A stretch of 25,810 nt of DNA from Prasinococcaceae sp. CCMP 1430 (lineage: Eukaryota > Plantae > Prasinodermophyta): NCBI GenBank assembly GCA_013416795.1, contig RQSC01000014.1, positions 372,962 through 398,771 on the forward strand. Reading direction: 5' to 3'. This document shows positions 19,147 to 25,810 of the stretch, piece after piece; position 1 is the first letter of the stretch, and each line of letters starts with the position of its first letter. Position numbers and translations under genes: made by a program. Under the pieces are notes generated by a model, which saw only the letters and a program-made list of their open reading frames with translations, did not search any database and had not been told where the DNA came from.

Positions 19147-21689
19147 CAGCTAAGCCCGTCGACCTCAGTGCCGGCGGGACATGCGCACACCGTCGAGCCG
19201 CTTACCACGAGAGCCGTCATCAGCGGGTCGCTGCACGCGCATGCCGACGCCGCGGTGGAGCCAGCGGGGCTGTTCGCGCCCGCGGGGCAGTCGGTGCACG
19301 ACACCGCGCCGTCGCCGTCGCTGAAGGTGTTGGCGGGGCAAGGCTCGCACTCGGGGTTGATGCCGCTGGGGCCGTACGTGCCGGCCGCGCAGTCGGTGCA
19401 CGCGCTCGCGCCGGCCACGCTGGTGCGCCCGCTGCCGCACGCCGCGCAGTCGCCCGCGGAGGTGCTGCCGGCGCCGGCGACGAAGGTACCTGCGGGGCAC
19501 TCGGTGCACTGCGCCGCGCCCACGGCATCCGCGTACGTGCCTGCGCCGCAGGGCGAGCAGGCGGTCGCGTCGGTGGCGTTGGTCGCCGAGCCCTTGGCGC
19601 ACTGCGCGCACGCGGCGCCCCACGTCTGCGTCGCCGAGGCGCCATCGAGGCGATACCAGCCGCCGCCCTGCAGCGCGCCGCACGCGTAGCACTGCTCGCC
19701 CGCCTGGGGCGTGAAGGCGTTGGCGGGGCAGTCGTCGCAGGACGTTTGGCCCGTCGAGGCGGTGGTCGTGCCGATGGCGCACGTGTCGCAGGTGGAATGG
19801 CCAGCCGAGGGCTGGTAAAGGCCCTTGGCGCACGGCTCGCACGTCGACGAGGCGGTGGCGCCTATCAGGGCAGAAGAGGTGCCGGCGGGGCACTCCTTGC
19901 AGCCCTCGCCCGCGGCGTCGGCGTAGGTCCCGGCGGGGCAGTCAGAGCACGCTTTTGAGCCAATGTCTGAGCCTTGGCCCGCCGGGCAGGCGAGGCAGTC
20001 CGCCGAGGTTGCGGAGAACGTGGCGGCGTTGTATGTGTTGGCGCCGCACGGTTCGCACTGCCTCGCGTCGCCGCCGTACGAGGCCACGTACATGCCGGGC
20101 GGGCACGCGTAGCAGGAGGAGGTGTCGATCGTGCCGGCCGCGCATATCGAAAGCTGGACGGCGAGGGCGTCTACAGAGCCACCGACGTACGAGCCGAGCG
20201 CGCTCCACGCCGCGCCGTCCCACTTGGCGATGTAGGACGTGCCCGACACGCCGCCGGCCGAGTAGAAGCCGCCGCCGACGTACAGCGAGCCCGACGAGGC
20301 GTCCCACGCGAGGGCGCGTACATAGCCGGCACCGACGCCCGAGCCGAGCGCGCTCCACGCCGCGCCGTCCCACTTGGCGATGTAGGAGAAGCCGCCCACG
20401 TACAGCGAGCCCGACGAGGCGTCCCACGCGAGGGCGCGGACAGTGTCTTCCCACGCGACGGCGCGGACAGTGTCATCGACGCCCGAGCCGAGCGCGCTCC
20501 ACGCCGCGCCGTTCCACTTGGCGATCTCTGACGTGCCCGACACGCCGCCGGCCGAGTCGAAGGAGCCGCCGACGTACAGCGAGCCCGACGACGCGTCCCA
20601 CGCGAGGGCGCGTACCAGATCGCCATAGACGCCCGAGCCGAGCGCGCTCCACGCCGCGCCGTCCCACTTGGCGATATTGGACCTGCCCGACACGCCGCCG
20701 GCCGAGCCGAAGTCGCCGCCGACGTACAGCGAGCCCGACGAAGCGTCCCACGCGAGGGCATAAACACTGTAACCATCGACGCCCGAGCCGAGCGCGCTCC
20801 ACGCCGCGCCGTCCCACTTGGCGATCCCTGACGTGCCCGACACGCCGCCGGCCGAGTCGAAGGAGCCGCCGACGTACACCGAGCCCGACGAAGCGTCCCA
20901 CGCGAGGGCGTTAACTGTGCTATCGACGCCCGAGCCGAGGGCGCTCCACGCCGCGCCGTCCCACTTGGCGATGCCGGACGTGCCCGACACGCCGCCGGCC
21001 GAGTCGAAGTCGCCGCCGACGTACAGCGAGCCCGACGATGCGTCCCACGCGAGGGCGTACACATAAGCACCATTGACGCCCGCGCCGAACGCCGCCGTCC
21101 ACGCGTCCCCTTCATGCAGCATCGCGCCTTCGTATCCACCAACCGCGAGCCGTGAGCCGCTCGAGACCGTTCGCACGTTCGCGTTAGCGGAGAGAACAAC
21201 CTCCGCGTCCATGCCATCGTCGGCAAAGCCCATCTCGCCGGCGTACGCGCCGGCCGCGCCGAGGCCCGAGCCGAGCGTCAGCGCAATGGACACCGACGCG
21301 CCGCCTGAGAGCGTTCCCAGGGCGGGCGAGGCCGACAGCCACGCGTCCGAGGGCGCAGCCGCCCACTCCATCGCGCTGGCCGCATCGTTGGTGAGCGTGA
21401 CCGTCGCGGTCGTGGTTGTGCTATACGCCATCGTCTCGGACACGCTCACGGGCGACACGATGAGGGGCGGCGACACGGTGAGCTGCAGCGGCAGCCGGAT
21501 GGCGTCGCCGCCGCTCGAGCCCACCACCAGCACTGCCGAGTGCGCGCCCTGCGCCAGCCCCGACGCGTTCATCCGCACCGTCACGCTGGCGCTGGCGCCA
21601 GCCGCGAGGCCGCTTCCAGCGTTGGCGCCCACCACGCTCGCCCACGCCTCGCTGACGGTGGCGAACCAGTCGAGAGTGGCCGAGCCATC
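16653..21689 (-). CDS. Receptor copy B: ~1,600-aa surface protein, 2 BACON-like domains + beta-propeller + GCC2/GCC3 (ephrin-receptor-like) Cys repeats + ~9 TM helices
   Basis: ORF 18273..21635 extends in frame to acceptor CACCTCGTAG|GAT at 21690. ORF 16649..18328 supplies the TM part. The breaks correspond to two short tandem duplications and three complemented segments. First exon and signal peptide not located. Confidence 0.85.
20160..21100 (-). repeat. Six ~147-150 bp coding tandem repeats (ALAWDASSGSLYVGGxFxSAGGVSGTSxIAKWDGAAWSALGSGV), beta-propeller blades
   Basis: Six near-identical units read directly in ORF 18273..21635. Unit 5 is shortened and carries a 27-nt internal duplication (20422-20475). 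Confidence 0.95.
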
Positions 21690-22021
21690 CTACGAGGTGC
21701 GCGGGACGGGTCCAATGGAGGGGTCAGCGCGGGGCGGCGCGCGAAACAACTGCGGCTCGCTCGCTCCACCCACGAGTGCTGCCGCCCTTACGCGCGCCGC
21801 GGGACCCCGCGCTTTTTAAGGCCCCCATCGTTGCCCCACGCAAGCGCGGCGCCTCTCCTCGTGCCCGGCCGCGCCGCCACGCACCGCGTCCGCGACGAAC
21901 GCCACCGCCGCCTCGGCCGCGTCGGGCCGGTGGGCCTCACGCCAGCGCCGCCCCGCCCCCGCGCGTGCCGGGCGCGCGCGCTGTGGCGTGTGCGACGCGT
22001 CGCGCGCGCGTCAACCTCGCA

Positions 22022-22184
22022 TCGCATGTCGGATCGCACCCGACATTTCGCCCCATCGAAACGCATTCGCATTTCGAATCGCAGGTCGGATCGCACCCGC
22101 CTTTTTGCACTATCACAATGCATTTAATCGTCGAATCGCAGGTCGAATGGCATGCGACTTGTGTCCCCATCGAAACGCGTTCGC
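22022..22184 (+). repeat. Degenerate 57-bp tandem repeat, ~3 units
   Basis: TCGCA(T/G)GTCG core at 22022, 22079 and 22136. CCCCATCGAAACGC at 22051 and 22165 (2x57). Confidence 0.8.
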
Positions 22185-22455
22185 GTGCGGGCGCCCCCGC
22201 GCGCGCGAAAATCGGGCGCGTTCGAAAAAAAGCGGCGGGGCGACGACTCCGATTCGAAGGCGCCCCGCTTTTCGCGTGGGTTTTGACCTCAGCGCTCGCG
22301 GAGCGGTGACGTGCCGCCAGGGCCGGGTGTGGATTCGGATGTGAGGCCGGGACCCGCCCCCGGAGGGCTCGGTGTGCGTTGTGAAAACCCAGAGATTGAT
22401 CCGAGACCCGCCCGCCCTCGGTCCCTTTCGGAAACCCCGAACAGGCGGGTTTATT

Positions 22456-22746
22456 CTGGCAGGGAGCTCTGCCGACCTGGCAGGGAGAGCTGAAACATGG
22501 CAGGGAGGCCTTTAAACACGGCAGGGAGAAGGTTTTCGTCAGATAAATTTTTTGAGGCGCCAGGGTTCAGCGGACGTGACGGCGGCGACCCACAGTGGCC
22601 GTCGGCGGCCGGGAGTCCTATATCAAAATGCACCTACCTCCCAGAAACCCTGATTACATCAAAATGCAACTTACAATGCGTGCATGGCTTTTGCAGCTCC
22701 CTGCCAGCGGCATGTCTCCCGTTTTTATTGTGAGAAACGGGAGACA
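22456..22746. mobile_element. Candidate DNA-transposon terminal/subterminal region (phased GGCAGGGAG motifs, inverted copy, hairpin)
   Basis: Four GGCAGGGAG at 22458, 22479, 22499, 22520. 13-bp inverted pair CTGGCAGGGAGCT (22456-22468) / AGCTCCCTGCCAG (22695-22707). 12-bp-stem hairpin at 22713-22746. No transposase or TSD seen. Confidence 0.3.
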
Positions 22747-23203
22747 CTCCCTTGGAAAACTCACGGTTTGATATACAAATGCATGCAATATGTAGAATGC
22801 AATTTGATGTGAAAGTGGCGGAGCTGAGCAGCCAGCGAGAGCTCCTGTGCACGCATTTGATCGTACGCGCGCAAATTCTTCGCCGGCCAGGCGGGGGCAG
22901 CCTAACAGCCATCACAGGCAGGGGGGCGCCATCGCTGCTGCCTGCGGTGGCACAAGGCGCGCGCGGCGCGCGGCGCCGCCGGCGCGCGCCTGCGGGGCGG
23001 GCGGCACCGCTCGTGCGACCGTCGGCGCAGTGGGGGGAGGGGTGCTCGCTGCGCTGGCCGTCTCCGCCCATCCCTTGCCAGTGTGGCGCGCGGCCGGCAG
23101 GGTGGCTGGCCTGTTCAGTCTTTGCGGCGGGGCCTGCTGTTGCAAGGCCGCCACAGGCGCCCCTCATTTTGCCCTTGCGTCAGGCGCCGTGGCGCCGGGC
23201 GCG

Positions 23204-23619
23204 ATGGCCGCTCTGCTTCGACACGAGAGCGCCCGAGAGCATAGTACGCGCGCCGCGCGGGCCCTCGTGTTCCTGCCGCTAGGCTTCGTGCTGTGGACGG
23301 CGCTTACGCTATGGGCCGCCTTCGTTCGCAACTCAATGTCACTCAACCAAAGCGATGGCGGCATGACCACCCACGCCGGCCGCATCGACATCACTGCGGA
23401 GGCTGCTACGTCCGCGACCACTCGCGGCGGCGGCAACAGTAGCAGGGCACGGCACCTGCGAGATGAGGCGGGCCTGCACCGCGCGCGTTCGCAAAGGGAG
23501 GCCGAGCTCGGTCCAGGGACGCTGCGAGCGCTGGTGAACGGCCTCACGGTGGTGCGAATGGCCGAGAGGCAGCAGCTGTGGCAGAGACCCCCGCGCGATG
23601 ACAGTGATTCGACCAATGC
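23204..23619 (+). CDS. Hypothetical type II membrane protein, 5' part, runs into gap
   Basis: MAALLRHESAREHSTRAARALVFLPLGFVLWTALTLWAAFVRNS...: short basic tail, one hydrophobic segment, then a polar stem. Codon bias is weaker than in host genes. Confidence 0.4.
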
Positions 23620-24135
23620 NNNNNNNNNNNNNNNNNNNNNNNNNNNNNNNNNNNNNNNNNNNNNNNNNNNNNNNNNNNNNNNNNNNNNNNNNNNNNNNNN
23701 NNNNNNNNNNNNNNNNNNNNNNNNNNNNNNNNNNNNNNNNNNNNNNNNNNNNNNNNNNNNNNNNNNNNNNNNNNNNNNNNNNNNNNNNNNNNNNNNNNNN
23801 NNNNNNNNNNNNNNNNNNNNNNNNNNNNNNNNNNNNNNNNNNNNNNNNNNNNNNNNNNNNNNNNNNNNNNNNNNNNNNNNNNNNNNNNNNNNNNNNNNNN
23901 NNNNNNNNNNNNNNNNNNNNNNNNNNNNNNNNNNNNNNNNNNNNNNNNNNNNNNNNNNNNNNNNNNNNNNNNNNNNNNNNNNNNNNNNNNNNNNNNNNNN
24001 NNNNNNNNNNNNNNNNNNNNNNNNNNNNNNNNNNNNNNNNNNNNNNNNNNNNNNNNNNNNNNNNNNNNNNNNNNNNNNNNNNNNNNNNNNNNNNNNNNNN
24101 NNNNNNNNNNNNNNNNNNNNNNNNNNNNNNNNNNN
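23620..24135. other. Assembly gap (516 N)
   Basis: Seen directly. Confidence 0.99.
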
Positions 24136-24319
24136 GGCGGGGATCTCGGCTGCATGGCACACCGGCGCCGCGACGAGCGTCGCCTGCTCGGGCGCGTGCC
24201 GTCGCGCGGCGCGCCACGGCGGCGCTGGTGGCGCCTGCCATCGTGATGGTGCAGTTGTAACCGCGCATTTTGCGATCGGAAAATATCTTTCGTGTCGAGG
24301 ACTGTACTAAAATGACGTA

Positions 24320-24536
24320 AGGCCGTTTCTTAGGCCGTTTCTTATTATAGGGATCTGCAGGTAGGTTAAATGCATGCAAAAAGTGCAGGCAGCCGGCGCG
24401 GGATTGGGATCTGGGGGGCGGCATTTAGGCCGTTGCTTAATAGCATCCATAAATTTTGTACGTAAATTCTGGCGTCGGCAGAGGATTTATGTACAAAATT
24501 TATGGACGGGGGGGCTTGCTTAATAGCTTCCATAAA
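24320..24536. repeat. AT-rich structured block: 12-bp direct repeats, 25-bp-arm inverted repeat, 21-bp direct repeat
   Basis: AGGCCGTTTCTT x2 (24320-24343) plus a variant at 24427. Arms 24446-24470 / 24482-24506. TTGCTTAATAGC(A/T)TCCATAAA at 24433 and 24516. Confidence 0.8.
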
Positions 24537-24637
24537 CTTAAATTTTTACATGCATTTTTATATGCATTTTTTATGTCGGTGCCCTTCATTTTTGGGGTTT
24601 GGGGTCACGGACCCGGAAGCCGACATTTCGGTTTCAA

Positions 24638-25810
24638 GGGTTTATTCTGGCAGGGAGCTCTGCCGACCTGGCAGGGAGAGCTGAAACATGGCAGGGAGGC
24701 CTTTAAACACGGCAGGGAGAAGGTTTTCGTCAGATAAATTTTTTGAGGCGCCAGGGTTCAGCGGACGTGACGGCGGCGACCCACAGTGGCCGTCGGCGGC
24801 CGGGAGTCCTATATCAAAATGCACCTACCTCCCAGAAACCCTGATTACATCAAAATGCAACTTACAATGCGTGCATGGCTTTTGCAGCTCCCTGCCAGCG
24901 GCATGTCTCCCGTTTTTATTGTGAGAAACGGGAGACACTCCCTTGGAAAACTCACGGTTTGATATACAAATGCATGCAATATGTAGAATGCAATTTGATG
25001 TGAAAGTGGCGGAGCTGAGCAGCCAGCGAGAGCTCCTGTGCACGCATTTGATCGTACGCGCGCAAATTCTTCGCCGGCCAGGCGGGGGCAGCCTAACAGC
25101 CATCACAGGCAGGGGGGCGCCATCGCTGCTGCCTGCGGTGGCACAAGGCGCGCGCGGCGCGCGGCGCCGCCGGCGCGCGCCTGCGGGGCGGGCGGCACCG
25201 CTCGTGCGACCGTCGGCGCAGTGGGGGGAGGGGTGCTCGCTGCGCTGGCCGTCTCCGCCCATCCCTTGCCAGTGTGGCGCGCGGCCGGCAGGGTGGCTGG
25301 CCTGTTCAGTCTTTGCGGCGGGGCCTGCTGTTGCAAGGCCGCCACAGGCGCCCCTCATTTTGCCCTTGCGTCAGGCGCCGTGGCGCCGGGCGCGATGGCC
25401 GCTCTGCTTCGACACGAGAGCGCCCGAGAGCATAGTACGCGCGCCGCGCGGGCCCTCGTGTTCCTGCCGCTAGGCTTCGTGCTGTGGACGGCGCTTACGC
25501 TATGGGCCGCCTTCGTTCGCAACTCAATGTCACTCAACCAAAGCGATGGCGGCATGACCACCCACGCCGGCCGCATCGACATCACTGCGGAGGCTGCTAC
25601 GTCCGCGACCACTCGCGGCGGCGGCAACAGTAGCAGGGCACGGCACCTGCGAGATGAGGCGGGCCTGCACCGCGCGCGTTCGCAAAGGGAGGCCGAGCTC
25701 GGTCCAGGGACGCTGCGAGCGCTGGTGAACGGCCTCACGGTGGTGCGAATGGCCGAGAGGCAGCAGCTGTGGCAGAGACCCCCGCGCGATGACAGTGATT
25801 CGACCAATGC
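24638..25810 (+). repeat. 1,173-bp direct repeat, copy 2
   Basis: Appears identical to 22447..23619 and stops at the same base (GACCAATGC). Confidence 0.93.
25395..25810 (+). CDS. Second identical copy of the hypothetical type II membrane protein 5' part
   Basis: Same sequence as 23204..23619, truncated by window end. Confidence 0.4.
   Translation, partial: MAALLRHESAREHSTRAARALVFLPLGFVLWTALTLWAAFVRNSMSLNQSDGGMTTHAGRIDITAEAATSATTRGGGNSSRARHLRDEAGLHRARSQREAELGPGTLRALVNGLTVVRMAERQQLWQRPPRDDSDSTN

Larger units (their letters stand above)
22447..23619 (+). repeat. 1,173-bp direct repeat, copy 1 (candidate mobile-element end)
   Basis: Appears identical to 24638..25810 (offset 2,191; the ORF track gives identical translations). 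Ends at an N gap. Confidence 0.93.

Noticed and set aside
11088-19958. Long ORFs antisense to real genes (e.g. 11088..12989 -, 14114..15805 +, 17060..19153 +, 18141..19958 +; also 4185..5138 +)
   Set aside because: Shadow ORFs expected from GC3-rich codon usage. Arg/Ala/Gly-rich and without recognisable motifs.
20160-22184. CRISPR-like array (propeller repeats or 57-bp repeats)
   Set aside because: The first set is in-frame protein-coding repeats and the second is degenerate with no constant repeat/unique spacer pattern. Eukaryotic context and no cas genes.
22700-22760. Helitron 3' end (hairpin + CTRR)
   Set aside because: On + no CTRR follows the hairpin. On - a CTGG lies only 5 nt away and is followed by C rather than the expected T.
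1-25810. rRNA, tRNA, transposase or reverse-transcriptase genes
   Set aside because: No conserved motifs recognised on either strand.

Overview
High-GC, gene-dense eukaryotic scaffold with short GT-AG introns (donor mostly GTGCG), probably a unicellular green alga (inferred from a plant-type DYRKP kinase plus an alpha-glucan phosphorylase). It is a draft assembly with N gaps at 852-1638, 10495 and 23620-24135. From left to right: two unidentified exon fragments, a small 2-exon orphan gene, ALG6 (-), DYRKP (-), the 5' part of a selenoprotein-S-like gene (+) running head-on into a CCDC130/YJU2B 3' part (-) that is joined in frame to an internal CFAP43 fragment, a GT35 phosphorylase (+), and a ~1,600-aa receptor-like gene (-). 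The receptor has 2 BACON-like domains, a bacterial-type beta-propeller, GCC2/GCC3 Cys repeats and ~9 TM helices, and its 3' half is tandemly duplicated. The window ends with an identical 1,173-bp repeat pair carrying phased GGCAGGGAG motifs and hairpins. Most striking signal: six 55-100 nt segments in the two receptor copies are the in-place COMPLEMENT (not reverse complement) of the paralogous sequence, and complementing them back restores homologous in-frame coding. No known DNA chemistry produces this, so an assembler orientation artefact is the likeliest cause and raw reads are needed to settle it. No rRNA, tRNA or CRISPR array was seen.
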